Notes under the pieces: model-generated
Told to the model about the DNA's origin: nothing
Seen by the model: only the letters and a program-made list of their open reading frames with translations
The model's database searches: none
Translations under genes and position numbers: made by a program
In this document: in pieces, positions 38,825-52,142 of the stretch
Layout of the letters: each line of letters opens with the position of its first letter
Numbering within the stretch: position 1 is the stretch's first letter
From: Chiloscyllium plagiosum
Lineage: Eukaryota
NCBI RefSeq assembly: GCF_004010195.1
Contig: NC_057749.1
Location: forward strand, 10,751,646-10,815,645
Reading direction: 5' to 3'
DNA: 64,000 bases

Positions 38825-39145
38825 CAAGGTGGCTTAGTGGTTAGCATTGTTGCCTCCCTGCACCAGGGACCCAAGTTTGATCCCAGCCTCAGGGGACTGT
38901 CTGTGTGGAGTTTGCACAGTCTCACTGCATCTGTGCAAGTTTCCTTCCACAGTCACAAAGATGCGTAGGTTGGGTGGATTGGCTATGGTTAAATTGTCCA
39001 GAGACGCACAGGTTATGTGGGCCACTATCCATGGGAAATGTAGGGTTAGAGGGGAAAGGTTTGGGTAGATGTCCTTCAAAGGTTCAGTTCTGACTGGGTG
39101 GGCTGAATGGCCTGCTCCCAAGCTGTGGAGAATCTATGATTCTAT
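38825..39145 (+). mobile_element. HE1-type SINE (diverged)
   Basis: A-box, V domain, tail GGGCTGAATGGCCTGCTCC. Confidence 0.75.
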
Positions 39146-39896
39146 CCCGAAAGTAGGACAAGAAAGCTGAGACAGTGTGATTCCATCAATGGCCTGCTCA
39201 AGACTGCCTTTGAATCCCTAAAATTGGAGCAGTTTGATGCTTTAGCCATCAGAATGAGATTACCTCAACCCACTTCATACAGAATCCTTGCAACCAACAT
39301 CCACAGGAGATGAAGACAACAATTTTGGTCATTATACATTTTGAGACGGATATGAAACCAAGTTGGAGCCGATCTTTCATCGACTGTAACCTTATTTCTA
39401 AGCCGCACGTCACCCGAAATTGAATTGTCACAATATTATCTGCAGCCGGTATTGATTTTGCTCAGTATTCAGAGCCTTTTGATTCTGAAAAACAATCTGG
39501 AAACAAATATATTGAATGGTTTCTATTCAGAGCAGCAAATCAATTGCTCACTCGTCCTTTCACCAACACCCTTTGCAAATAGATGTTAAATTGCCTTTCA
39601 AACAGTACGTTAAAATACTCAGATCATGCCTTTGAATGTTGCATGAAAAGTTATTTTCAGAAGGTCTGAATGCCAGTGAGGGAGGATAAAAGGAGTCTGA
39701 GATAATGACACTCAGACACAGGGGGATGTGTCTCATCAGGCGTTCCTATTTTTCCAATCAATAAACCGGACGAGAAAGCAAAGGGCAACTTTGAACCAAG
39801 TAATCCCAGCTCCCTAAATCATGCATGAATCTGTCAATCATAAGGAGAATTCATGGTCATTCATGGAGCTTTGTGAATCAGAAGTGAACATCTTGG

Positions 39897-40526
39897 TGTG
39901 ACGATGCTGTAGCTTTAAGAGGTTATCTTGTCCTGGTTTCTTTTAAGAGAGAGATTGAACGAGAGGTATAGAGCTGGCCACTGAAGACCATGTAAGTAAA
40001 CAGCCTGGAAGGCCTTGGGTTTTGTTTTTAATGCAGTCCGAGTGGGTGCAGCCAGCTCTCACAGATTAAGATTTCTGGGTTTTGGTTTTTCAGTAACATC
40101 AGAAGCTATTGGGGGTCTCAGTAGAGTTGGAAACTTCGGTGAATGTCTCCTGGCTGCTCCTTGCTCTGAATCTTCTCCTGATGCTTTCTTCCTCCTGGAT
40201 GGGAGAACTGTATGTGAGAATCTGTGTCTGAAATTGCCTTTTTTGCCGAGGAATGTGTTTATGAGATGTTATGATATTGAAACACTTAATTAGTATTCTG
40301 TCCTCTGTCTATTATTCTGTTAAATTTTCCAAAAGAGTTGTTATTCAAATTCCTCTTCCTTTGGTTGTATTTAAATAAATTGCGTTTTGCTTAATGTCGA
40401 GTAGTTTGATCAGTTGCATCACATCTGAAACAGGCATTTTGCATTTGCATTTAGAATAAGAAAAAAATAGGGTATAGGTTACTTTCTTAAAATATTTTGA
40501 GGGCGGGTCTGGTCTGATCCATAACA
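39897..40526. mobile_element. Probable solo LTR (~630 bp)
   Basis: TGTGAC...ATAACA termini, internal AATAAA, flanks TTGG/TTGA resembling a 4-bp TSD. Confidence 0.5.
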
Positions 40527-41299
40527 TTGATCATAATTAGACTTATATCATGGGGAGACAGTGGCACAGTGATAATGTTATGGGGCTTAAGCAGTCCAAG
40601 CTAATGCTCTCAGGGGAAAGGTGCAAGTCTCACCACTGCCACAGCGGCCTGTGAAATTTAAATCCAATCAATAAAATCTGGAATTGGAAGCTAGTCTTAA
40701 TAATGGTGATCATTGTTGATTGGGGTAAAATCCCATCTGGTTCACCAATGCACCTTTAGGGAACGAATCAAACTCTGCCATCCTTATCCAGTCTGGTCTA
40801 CATGTGACTCCACACCCACACCAACCTGGGTGACTTTTAACTGCCCTCTGAGATGGCCCATGTGATGCCAAAGTAATTAAAGATGGACAACAAATACAGG
40901 CCTTGCCTAGAAACGCCCACCTCTCCCTTGAAAGAACAAATAGAACATGGAGGTCCGTGTAGCGAGCATGGGCTTCTGTACATTGAGTGCCAGGCTCTTA
41001 GAGATGTTAAGGGTCATCCAGGCCCTTCAAGCCTGCTCCATTCAAGAGGATCATGACTAAAGGATCATGAACATGCTTTAACATTCTAGGTCCCAGTACA
41101 AGTGAAAAAGCTCAATGAGAACAGAAGGAGGCCATTCAGCCCCTTAAGCCGGCTCTGTTATCTGATTTTTTTTTTAAATTAATTCACCCGATGTGGTCAT
41201 CACTGGCTAGGCCTGTTTTAATTGCCCATTATGGTTGGGCATTTCATTTCTCCAACTTTTTTCCCAATTCCCTTGATTCCATGACACAACCAAAAATAT

Positions 41300-41610
41300 A
41301 GATTAGCTTAGATTACCTACAGTGTGGAAACAAGCCCTTTGTCCCAACAAGTCCACACCAACCCTCCGAAGAGCAACCCACCCAGATCCATTCCCCTACA
41401 TTTATCCCTGACTAACACACCTAACACTATGGGCAATTTAGCACGGCCAATTCACCTAACCTGCACATCTTTGGACTGTGGGAGGAAACCCATGCAGACA
41501 CAGGGAGAATGTGCAAACTCCACACAGACAGTTGCCCGAGGCGGGAATTGAACCTGGGTCCCTGGCACTGTAAGGCAGCAATGCTAACCACTGAGTCACT
41601 GTGCCGCCCA
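41300..41610 (-). mobile_element. HE1-type SINE
   Basis: Reverse full-length copy. Confidence 0.85.
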
Positions 41611-41619
41611 TAATAATCT

Positions 41620-42800
41620 CAATTTTGAAGTTCCCAGGGAAAAAGTCCAGGTTTCCTTTTGGAGCAGCTTGTGGTAGACTCCACTAAGGGAACAGTCAGT
41701 TCTGCATTTGGTGATGTGGCAGACTTGATTAAGGAGGTGAAGGAACCCCCATGGGGCAGAGACCATAATCTGATAGAACTCCCCCTGCAGTTTGAGAGGG
41801 AGAGGCTGGAATCAGGCGTATTGGTATTACAACTGAGTAAAGGTAAAACAAAGACATGAGGGAGAAGCTGGCCAGAGTTGATTCGAAGTGAAGCCCAGCA
41901 GGAAAGATGGTGGAGCAGCAATGGCAGGAATTGGGCGATAGGTTTAGACAGTGGATTAGGATTGGCTCAGGCTTGGAGGGCCAAAAGACCTGTTCCTGGG
42001 CTGTAAATTGTTCTTTGTTCTTCTTTGAGTTCGTGGGGGTAGTTCGGGATGCACAGCAGATATTCATCCCAAGGAAGGAGAAACGTATTAAAGGGATGAC
42101 GAGGCAACTGTGGCTGACAAAGGAAATCAGGGACAGCATAAAACCGAAAGAAAAAGCATAAAATATGGTGAAGATTAGTGGGAAGCCAGAGGATTGGGAA
42201 GCTTCTACAAATCAGTGGAGGATAACTGAATAAAGCAATAAGGGGGAGGGGATGAAATATGACAGCAGGCTAGCTAGTGATATAACATATGATTGCAACA
42301 GTTTTTTTTAGAGACCTGAAAGGTAAGAGAGCAACAAGAGAGCATATTCGGCTACTAGAAAATGAGGCTGCAGTGGTAGCGATGGGGAATAAAGAAATGG
42401 CAGAGGTACCGAATAGGTACTTTGCATCAGTTTTCAGGATAGAAGATACCAGTTCATTATCAGAACTTCAAGAGAGTCAGGGAGCAGAGGTGAGTGTAGT
42501 GGCTATCATCAAGGAGAGGGTGCTGGGGAAGCTGCAAGGTCTGAAGGTAGATAAATCACCCAGACCAGGTGGATTATATCCTAGGTTCAGAAAGAGATAG
42601 CAGAGGAGATTGGGGAGGCATTGACAGTGATCTTTCAGGAATCATTGAATAAAGGCGTAGACTATTTTCCAAATGAGTAAAGACTTTGGAAGTCTGAAGC
42701 ATGAAGTGATTTAGGAATCCTTCTTCAGGATTCTCTTAAGGTTAACATGCAGGTTCAGTGAGGAAGGCAAATGCAATGTTAACATTCATTTCTGCTCCTA
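41620..42800 (+). mobile_element. CR1 LINE internal ORF2 fragment
   Basis: FLEQLV, DHNLIE, LWLTKEIRDSIK, NRYFASVF, LQGLKVDKSPRPGGLYPR. Confidence 0.85.
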
Positions 42801-43109
42801 AACCTTATAGGCTTATGGTCTTATTGTAAAATAGCCAATTCCTGATTTAAGTCCTGAATGGTTTAGCTCAAATTTTAAGACAACGTTCCTTATTTAACAT
42901 TCCCCCATCTGTGGAGACAGCTTCTCTGTAATTACCCCATGCTTTCTCTTTGAAAACACCTCAAACAGATTATCACTCAATCTTCAACACTCAAGAGAAT
43001 ATCCAGATGCCTCAATTATGTGTCCACCACGCTAATGGTATAACTACAATCCACATGACTATTTGGACATAACCTGTTTCCAGCCACAACATGCAAACAA
43101 CCTGACCAG

Positions 43110-43615
43110 TTCTGGTTGCCCTGCTAGAGGAAGGGTATTATTAAGCTGGAGAGGGTGCAGAAAAGATTTACCAGGATGTTGCCAGGACTGGAGGGTTTGA
43201 GCTATAAAGAAAGGCTAGATAGGCCGGGATGTTTTTAACTGGAGTGTAGAAAGTTGAGAGTTGACCTTATAGAGTTTTATAAAATCATGAGGGGAAAAGA
43301 TAAGGTGAATAGCAACGGTCTTTTCCCGAGGGTAGGGGAGCTCAAATCTAGGGGGCATATTTTTAAGGTGAGAGGAGAAAGATTTAAAAGGAACCTGAGG
43401 AGCAACTTTTTCACACAGAGAGTAGTTTGAATGGAATGAACTGCCAGAGGAAGTGGTCGATGCAGATAGTTGCAACATTTAAAATACATTAGGACAGGTA
43501 CCAGAATAGGAAAGGTTCAGTGGGATATAAGCCAAACACATGCAAGTGGAACTAGTTTAGTTTGGGAAATGTGGTTGGGAAGGATGAGTTGAACCATGTT
43601 TCCGCGATCTATTAC
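43110..43615 (+). mobile_element. CR1 LINE 3' fragment
   Basis: KLERVQKRFTRMLPGLEGLSYKERL and downstream CR1 motifs. Confidence 0.85.
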
Positions 43616-44156
43616 ACTATAAAATGAATGTGCATTGGGAATGAAATCCCATTAGGAAAGCAAAAATATTAAGCTTTATAAATTGATTTATAATCATCTT
43701 TATCTTTGCCGATCTCGTTTGATTTTGGCATCAGTGTGAATTGACCCTCTTACGTTATTGTTGCTGCTCCTTCACCACCTTGTTATAGCTGTTGTGTTTC
43801 TGGCCTCTTGACTGTTCAATCAAGCATTGTCACCCTGCTCAGAGTGAGTCTTAGTAACAGTTCAGGACACATCAGAGGCAATGGCTTGTGACTAACAATC
43901 TGAAATGTCTAGCTACCCAGAGCTCCCCCTACACACTCAAGGTGACAAGTTGAAGCTGACAAGCCGAGATTATGGACACACAGGGGTATGATTTTCCCAC
44001 TGATTACTAGCAAAACCTTATTTATCGGCTGCTGAAGGGAAAAAGAACAGAAATAATCACACAATCAGACAACGTGACCCACTTTCCAGTATCGTCTCCT
44101 CCACTACAGCATCAGGATGGCTCTCAATTCAGTGACCTTTGTTTCACTGGGTAACA

Positions 44157-44465
44157 GGGTGGCTTGGTGGTTAGCACTGCTGTCTCACAGCACCAGGGAC
44201 CCCGGTTCAATTCCAGCCTCAAGCAACTGTGTGGAGTCTGTACATTCTCTCTGTGCCTGCGTGGGTTTCCTCTGGGTCCAGTTTCCTCTCACAGTGCAAA
44301 GATATGCAGGATTGGCCATGTTAAATTCCTCATAATATCCAAGGGTGTGAAGGTTAAGTGGGTTAGACATGGGAAAACACAGGGAAAGGGTAGGGCAGTG
44401 GGATGGTCTTTGGAGGGTTGGTGTGGACTTGATGGGTCAAATGGCCTACTTCCACACTGTAATAA
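44157..44465 (+). mobile_element. HE1-type SINE (diverged)
   Basis: B-box GGTTCAATTCC, V domain, tail. Confidence 0.75.
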
Positions 44466-44600
44466 TTTGATTTAAAAAAGCCTTCCTTGTCAGCTCAGTC
44501 ATAGTATCATGCAACTGAAATATTCAATATATTGTTTCAGTTGCACGACAATGTAATCTTTTGCTATAAATTCTGTGTCTTATGATCCAGCCCCTCTAAC

Positions 44601-44635
44601 TACCTGATGAAGGAGCAGGGCTCTGAAAGCTAGTG
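44601..44635 (+). ncRNA. Minimal hammerhead ribozyme motif (family A)
   Basis: UAC-CUGAUGA-A-GGAGC agg GCUCU-GAA-AGCU-A-GUG. Confidence 0.65.
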
Positions 44636-44819
44636 TTTCCAAATAAAACTGTTGAACTATAACCTGGTGTTGTGTGATTTTTAATTTTGTCCACCCCAGT
44701 CTAACATTGGCTCTTCCACATCTTGAAATGAAGCATTTTGTTGACAATGCAGTACTTGCCCCCCAGATCTGAAGATGGTAAATTCACAGACACAGCAGAG
44801 AAACCTAAGCACCACATGA

Positions 44820-45114
44820 GGGCTGCCACTCACAGTGCAGTGCTGAGGGAGTGCCGCACTCATGGAAAAAGGGAGCTATAGGAGGAGACCTTTAGCTGAA
44901 GGCCATATCTGTCCTCTCAGATGGACATAAAAGATCCCATCACAAACCTTGAAAGGGAACATGGGAGATCTCCCAGATTCCTGGTCAATATTGGACCCTC
45001 AGCAAGTGCAAACAGAGCATTCGAGGCAGTATATTGCTGTTCGCGGGAGCTGTCTGTCAGCCAATTTGTTGCCACTTTCCCTACTTTACAACAGCTCCTC
45101 CACTTTAAAAGGTC
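44820..45114 (+). mobile_element. Deu-domain SINE (SacSINE1/AmnSINE-like), degenerate
   Basis: CAGTGCAGTGCTGAGGGAGTGCCGCAC...CTCTCAGATGGACATAAAAGATCCCAT...CCTGGTCAATATT. Confidence 0.6.
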
Positions 45115-45146
45115 CTGCATTGTCGGCAAAATGCTTCATTTCAAGA

Positions 45147-45823
45147 CGTGGAGGTGCCGGCGTTGGACTGGGCTGGACAAAGGTAACAATCACACAACAC
45201 CAGGTTATAATCCAACAGGTTTATTTGGAAGCACTAGCTTTCGGAGCACTGTTCCTTCATCAGGTAGCTAGAGGGGCTGGATCATAAGAGGCAGAATTTA
45301 TAGCAAAAGATTACAGTGTCGTGCAACTGAAATATTCAATATATCGTTTCAGTTGCATGACACTGTAATCTTTTGCTAATAATTCTGTGTCTTATGATCC
45401 TGCTCCACAACCACCTGATAAAGGAGCAGCACTCCGAAAGCTAGTGCTTCCAAATAAACCTGTTGGACCATAATCTGGTGGGTTGAGACTGGTTACACTG
45501 GATTAGATTACTTAGTGTGGAAACAGGCCCTATCGGCCCAACAAGTCCACACCGACCCTCTGAACAGCAACCCACCCAGACCCATTCCCCTACATTTACC
45601 CCATTCACCTAACACTATGGGAAAGTTAGCATGGCCAATTCACCTGACCTGCACATTTTTGGACTGTGGGAGGAAACTGGAGCACCCAGAGGAAACCCAC
45701 GCAGACACGGGGAGAATGTGCAAACTCCACACAGACAGTCGAACCCTGGTCTCCGGCATTCTGAGGCAGCAATGCTAACCATTGTGCAACCGTGCCACCC
45801 ACACATGTTGTGTGATTTTTAAC
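45147..45823. mobile_element. Palindromic PLE derivative (family A, ~350 bp) with 11-bp TSD, interrupted by an HE1 SINE (~45500-45800, minus)
   Basis: TCATTTCAAGA at 45136-45146 and 45824-45834; inverted arms centred ~45338. Confidence 0.85.
45232..45266 (-). ncRNA. Minimal hammerhead ribozyme motif (family A)
   Basis: UAC-CUGAUGA-A-GGAAC agu GCUCC-GAA-AGCU-A-GUG. Confidence 0.65.
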
Positions 45824-47721
45824 TCATTTCAAGAGGAGAGCAGCGAGTTACCTTGTTGGCCTGGCCAATACTCCCTCAAATGATCTCACTAAAAATAGTT
45901 GAGCTGGTTACTCTATTATATGTTGGTGCTGGATGCATATTGGTTGCAGCATTTCCTGGACTGTAACAATGACTGAACTACAAACAGGAGGACTGTATTG
46001 GATCCAAACCATTTTGGTGTGTTCCAAGGTCGTGTCTGGCACTATACAAACGTAGGTCTTTTCTTCACTGACCCGTACAGGGGTTTCAGGAATGCTGTAA
46101 CCACATTTCCGTCAGAGAAGTTACACGTTCTCCCATGTCTGCATGGGTATCCTCTGGATGCCTCGCTTTCCTCCCACAGGTTAGGGTGATTGGCCACAGG
46201 AAATTGTCCCATCGTGTCCAGGGATGTATAGTCTAGGTGGGTCGGCCTGGGGAAATGCAAGGTTAGAGGGATAGGTTAGGGGAGTGGGTCTGGGTGGGAT
46301 GCTCTTCAGAGGGTCAGTGTCGACTTGATGGGCTGAATGGCCTGCCCCCACCCTGTAGGGACTCCAAAGAGTAACAATCCTCTCAGGGAAGAAGTTCTTC
46401 CTCGTGCCTGCTGTAAGAGGGAGACCCTGGGCAAGGCGTATATCAGGGACAAATAACCAGGACCCATGCCTGTAGATGGTCCAGAACAGTTGGGGAAGGG
46501 GTTGTGGTCCTGGGAACAGGACAAGCAGCAGCACAGGGTGCTCGTGATTTCTGCTCCCCCCCGCCTCCCTGCACGTCCCCCAGTTCTCAATTCCCCCACA
46601 AGGGGATACATCCCATGGCCATCTACCCTATAGAGGCCCCTGAGGATTGTAGCTACAGATCACTTCTCAATTCTTCCAAGCTCCATTGAGCACAGGCCTA
46701 ACCTGCTCCACCATCCCTCAGAAAGCAAAACTGTAGTAACACAATTAGCCTGTTATCTATCAAACTAACCTGGAGTAAATCATCACCGGTCAGGATAAAG
46801 ATGTTTTTTATTAAAATGTAGATTTATCAATCCACCTCAGGTTATGTGGGCAGCAATAATGATGTATGTTACATTAAGAAAGGGTAAGCTGTTGGAATTA
46901 TGGACCTCAGCATTCTCAATTCAGTACAGAAGACACTTTGTCCAGTAAGGCATTTATTAAAACTGCATTGGTGGAATTCCTGAGGGTTTAACTAATTGTA
47001 CACTGAAAACATCATGCAAGTTGCCTCCTGTCCGTCACTGATCTTCAGAGATTTGCCGGTTCACTCATGTGCACTGGATAAGCTGCTGCCTCAAATCTCC
47101 TGACACGGTTAAAAAGCTTCCAACAGTTTCGCCAACACCATGGCAACAGGAACATCAGAGGAACATTCTGAATCTTCAACATGAATGACTTGGAATTATT
47201 CCCTGTGAGACAACTGGAGCTTGTAACTCCAGGATCCAGCAAGATTACTGGGAACAAGGGAATAGTCTATGCCCGCAACTTCCCTTTATCCAAATGATAC
47301 TTAATACATCTATTCATACAACTCCTTTTTAATGGAGTCAGATATCCCCAGGGCACTTTACAGGATCAAGACACAGATAAAGGAACTAGGGGCAGAAAGA
47401 GGCCTCTCGGCCCATCTGGATGTGCTCTATCGTTCATTAAGATCGCAGCTGATCATAGTGCAACCTGGCATCCACATTCCCACCTATTCCCAATAACCTC
47501 TGCCTCTGACTTGATACTGAGGCACCTAAGTGGATTGTAGCAGAAAGAGGTTTAAAGAGACATAGCAGATGAAAGCACGGGCACCTGTAGTTCAGCAACA
47601 AACCTGGGAACCTGCAGGATGCTAAAACTGATGGAGTTCAAGGATCTTGAAGGGTTGTGAGAGTGGAGGAAGTTACAGAGAGAGAGTGAGGGGGAGAGAT
47701 AAAGAGAGAGGTAGAAAGAGA

Positions 47722-48047
47722 GTTGCCAAGGTTGGAGGGTTTGAGCCAAAGGGAGAGGCTGAACAAGCTGGGGCTGTTTTCCCTGGAGAATCGGAGGCTG
47801 AGGGGTGATCTTAATGAAGTTTATAAAATCACAAGGAGCATGGATAGGGAGAATAGACCAAGGTCTTTTCCCCAAGGTAAGGGAGTCCAGAACCAGAGGG
47901 CATTGGTTTAAAGTGAGAAGGGAAAGATTTAACAGGGCCCTTAGGGGCAGCTTTTTCATGCAGAGGGTAGTATGTGGAATGGGCTGCCAGAGGAAGTGGT
48001 GGAGGCTGGTACAATTGCAGCATTGAAAAGGCGTCTGGATGGGTATG
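47722..48047 (+). mobile_element. CR1 LINE fragment
   Basis: LEGLSQRERLNKLGLFSLENRRLRGDLNEVYKI. Confidence 0.85.
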
Positions 48048-48439
48048 TTGTACCTTTGGTTTCTGCATATCATTTATGTTGACATTTCGTGTGAAGTTCA
48101 AACCCATTCAAACCCACCTGCGTCAATGATCACACTTGTGTCAATAAACTTACATTGACTGTCAATCCAGCAGCATTTTGATTTAAAGGTTCTTTTGCAC
48201 TTTGTGTAGATAGATCAATTCAGACTCAATGGGCCGAGTATAAGTCCATGACCATAACTTCTTCCACAGCCTCACACAAACCCCCTCTCTCTTTCCCAAT
48301 ATCTCTTTCTCCCTCTCTGCCTCTTTTGCTTTTGTATTCCCTTTCTCCCTCTTTCCTTTTAACTTTATCTCCCTCTCTCTCTCATTTTTTCTCACTCTCA
48401 TTCTCTACCCTCTCTTTCATTTTCTCCCTCTGTCTCTCA

Positions 48440-48730
48440 GAGTCATAGAGATGTACAGCATGGAAAGGGACCTTTCAGTCCAACTCATCCATGCTGACCA
48501 GATAGCCTAAATTAATCTAGTCCCATTTGTTAGCACCTGGCCCAAATCCCTCTGAACCCGTCCTATTCATACACCCATCCAGATGCCTTTTAAATGCTGT
48601 AATTGTACCAGCCTCCACTACTTCCACTGGCAGCTCATTTCATACACGCATTATACACCTCTGCGTGAAAAGTTTGCCCCTTAGGTCCCTTTTAAATCTT
48701 TGCCCTCTCCCCTTAAGCCTATGCCATCTC
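48440..48730 (-). mobile_element. CR1 LINE 3' fragment
   Basis: Reverse tail GAGTCATAGAGATGTACAGCATGGAAA and reverse ELPVEVVEAGTI motif. Confidence 0.8.
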
Positions 48731-49449
48731 GTTGAGTAGAGCATGGAAAAGACTTAGCAGCATGGAGGTGTCTTCTGATTTGTGTTATTGCACTGTAAAC
48801 CATTAGTGTGAGCTACTGGGTCCTCGGAATCTGAGTATTTTTTGAATGGACTTTGGGAGTATCTCAAAGCTTTCTGACTGAGTTTAATATCCAAGCATGA
48901 CTGTTTTATATAATAACTGTGTAGGCATATGCTAATTGAGTAGACATATAATAATTGTGTAGGCATATGATCAGTGACTTGACTTATAATAATTATTCAG
49001 GCTATAATTGAGCAGGCATATAACTACACTGTTGGTACATCAGAGCAAAAATGTTTGTCTTAGAGAGTTCCTGTCTCCTTTACTTCTCAATCAATTATGT
49101 AAAACCTGAAAAAGGGTATTATTTTTCATCATTGGTAGTCCCTCACCACGTAATGCCCAAAGCCGGAGTTGACTTAGTGAATGCCAAGTACTGCATCCCC
49201 TGTATGAGAGATAGCAACAGCAGCAGCAGCCTGTGGTTACAACAGTCACACAGTGAGCTGTGAATTGCCACGAGTTACCAAATGACATGGGCCGATCCAC
49301 ACTGAGGCCCATATGCACAGAAACTTACTCCCACCTTAACTCCCCGTGACTGTAAAAGAATTGAGGCATTTGCCTCTCAAAACTAACAAAACCTGACACA
49401 GAAATCTAAAGCTGGGTGTTTAATATGGATTTATGCTTACACAAGGTAA

Positions 49450-49970
49450 AGAGTTTTGAGAAGATTTGTAGCTCAGGTTGAGGCTCTGGATGTAGATTTG
49501 CTCACTGAGCTGCAAGGCTTGTTTTCAGACATTTTGTCACCATTAGTGCATCTCCGGATGAAGCCCTGGTGGCATGGTCCGCTTTATATTTATGTGTTTG
49601 GGTTTCCTTCGGTTGGTGACATCATTTCCTGTGGTGACACCATTTCCTGCAGTGATGTCATTTCTTAATCTTTTTCTCAAGGAATGGTAAACGGGATCCA
49701 AGTCAATGCGTTTGCTGATAGATTTCGGGTTGGAATGCCATGCTTCTAGGAATTCCCACGCGTGTCTCTGTTTCGCTTGTCCTAGGATGGGTGTGTTGTC
49801 GGAGTCGAATTTGTGTCCTTCCTCATCACCAACCCAAGGAAACCCAAACACATAAATAAAAGCGGGCCATGCCACCAGTGCTTCATCTGGAGACTCACTG
49901 ATGATGTTAACTAGCACGGTGACGAAACATCTGAAAACAAACCTTCCAGTTCAGCAAGCAAACCTACACC
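49450..49970 (-). mobile_element. PLE 3' fragment (family D-like) with inverted pseudo-LTR
   Basis: Minus-strand EEGHKFDSDNTPILGQAKQRHAWEFLEAWHS..IDLDPVY; 49828-49970 is an inverted copy of ~49480-49618. Confidence 0.85.
49895..49934 (+). ncRNA. Minimal hammerhead ribozyme motif (family D-like)
   Basis: UCA-CUGAUGA-U-GUUAAC uagcac GGUGAC-GAA-ACAU-C-UGA; stem I UCA/UGA; ACAU consistent with CpG decay of ACGU. Confidence 0.6.
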
Positions 49971-50042
49971 TGCAAAGAAAGGAATGGAAGCTGAAGGCCA
50001 TAAAATACAGGAGGAGAACCAGGCCATTCAGTCCCTCATACA

Positions 50043-50222
50043 GGAGAAAGTGAGGACTGCAGATACTGGAGATCAGAGTTGAGAATAGGGTGCTGGAAAA
50101 GCACAGCAGGTCAGGCAGCATCTGAGGAGCAGGAGGATCGGCCTTTTGGGCATAAGCCCTTCATTCTCCTGCTCCCCGGATGCTGCCTGACCTGCTGTGA
50201 TTTTCCAGCACACCACTCCCAA
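50043..50222. mobile_element. Palindromic PLE derivative (family B)
   Basis: AAAGTGAGGACTGCAG tail, arm GCAGGTCAGGCAGCATC and its inverse GATGCTGCCTGACCTGC. Confidence 0.75.
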
Positions 50223-52142
50223 CCCACATTCAGCCCATCGAGTCTGCTGCCTGCAGAAGGTGGGGGTGAGCCACTTTCTTGAACTGCTGCAGCCCATGTA
50301 ATTCCACCAGTGTGGAAGCATCGAGTCTACGCTGACCCTCCGATGAGCATCCCACCTTATCCCTGCATTTCTCGAGGTTAACTCAATTGGACTGCACATC
50401 CCCATACACTGTGGCCATTCCACCCAACCTGCACATCTTTGGACTGTAAAAGAAAACCCCACACAGACACAGGGAGAGTGTGCAAACACCACACAGCGTT
50501 ACCCAAGGTTGGAATCGAACCCATGCCCCTAGCGTTGTGAGGCAGCAGTGTTAACCACTGAGCCACTGCGCAAAAGGGACATCACGGAATTGAGAGCCAT
50601 CCTGATGCTGTAGTGGAGGAGACAATGGTGGAAAGCGGGTCAGGTGGTCTGACTGTGCAAGTATTTCTCTTCTTTTCCCCTTCAGCAGCTGACAAATAAG
50701 GCTTTGCTGGCTATCAGTGGGAAAATCCTATCTACTTGTGACTCCACCTTCAAGGAGCTGTGAACCTGCACTCCAAGGTCTCTTTGCTCGGCAACATTCC
50801 CCAGGCCCTTACCATTAAGAGTAGAAGTCCTGCCCTGATTTGCCTTTCCAAAACGCAGAAAATAAAAAGCAAGACTACAAGGTAGTTCTTACATGGAGCT
50901 TGCACACACTCAATCGGCTGAATAGCTTCCTTTTGTGTTGTATTAACCTATGAAGCGTATCGGTTTGGATTCCTCTCCCTTGGGTTAAAACACGAGACAA
51001 TATAATGGCTTTCCAGTGGCTATGCGTATCTAAGGTAAACACAGTGGAGGAAACCATGGAAATCTAAATCCCCTGTTGTTCAGTTACTCCTGAATTGAAT
51101 TGTTAAAGATTACAGAGGGTCTGACCTTGCATCGTGAAGACGATAAGTAATATATCTAGATTATTTCAATTATTTAGTTGGACTGAGTTATGAGATGAGA
51201 TCCACACACAGTTTTCAGACTCTGTTGTTCTCAGAGAGATGGCCTTTAGGTCAGTATTTCTTCCCACAGCTTGCTTGATTCATCACAACCGATGGCACTA
51301 GTGTTGCGATTTACAAACAAGCTGTTGGCTAAAGGAACATACAACAAGTCAGAGGCCAGTTAAATATTAACTCACAATAACAATGACGGACTAGGAAACA
51401 ATGATTCCACAATGTGAAGTAAGAATGTTTCGAACTATCTTTTATATGCAACAGAGCGATTAACTGACAAAAACCATCAGGGTTAAACAGAGGAAAACAA
51501 ATCAGGTTTGTTTGATCCGCTTGACTGGTTAAATGGGCAAACATCTGCAAATATACAGGTCCCAGTCATTATCTCTTCTATGAACTGGTCAATTCACTGG
51601 GAACACCCATTCCCCTCCAAGCCACTCACCAGCCTGACTTGGAAATATATTGCTGTTCCTTCAGTGTCGCTGGGTCAAAATTCTATAATTCCTTCCCAGC
51701 GTCAACCCACAACAGGTAGACTGCTGCGGTTTGAGAAGGCAGCTCCCCACCACCTTCTCAAGGGGCAACTAGGGACGAGCAATAAATGCTGGCCCAGCCA
51801 GTGATGCTCACATCCCACAAGAGGAATAAATTAAAAAATAAATAAACAAAGATTCGTTCATATCAAATGAACTATATGATCGTGACATCTCAGGAAGTGC
51901 TGTCTCTACATGAATAGAAGACTGTAGACCAACAGTCAATCCCTTAGTCAGTTTCATTGAGAGCCATTCTGCAATATTTCTTCCTAAGGAGCGTCCTCTG
52001 TAAGGATTGCAGGGATAGGGTAAGGGGTGAGTCTGAGTGGGATGCTCTTCAGAGGATCGGTGTGGACTGAATGGGCTGAATGGCCTGCTTCCACACTGTA
52101 TAAATTCTATCATTCTTTGATAAAGAGAACGCAAATATTTAA

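Noticed and set aside
49147..49199. Minus-strand 53-bp segment with good acceptor and GTGAGG donor
   Set aside because: No recognisable peptide in either open frame; cannot be supported without transcript data.
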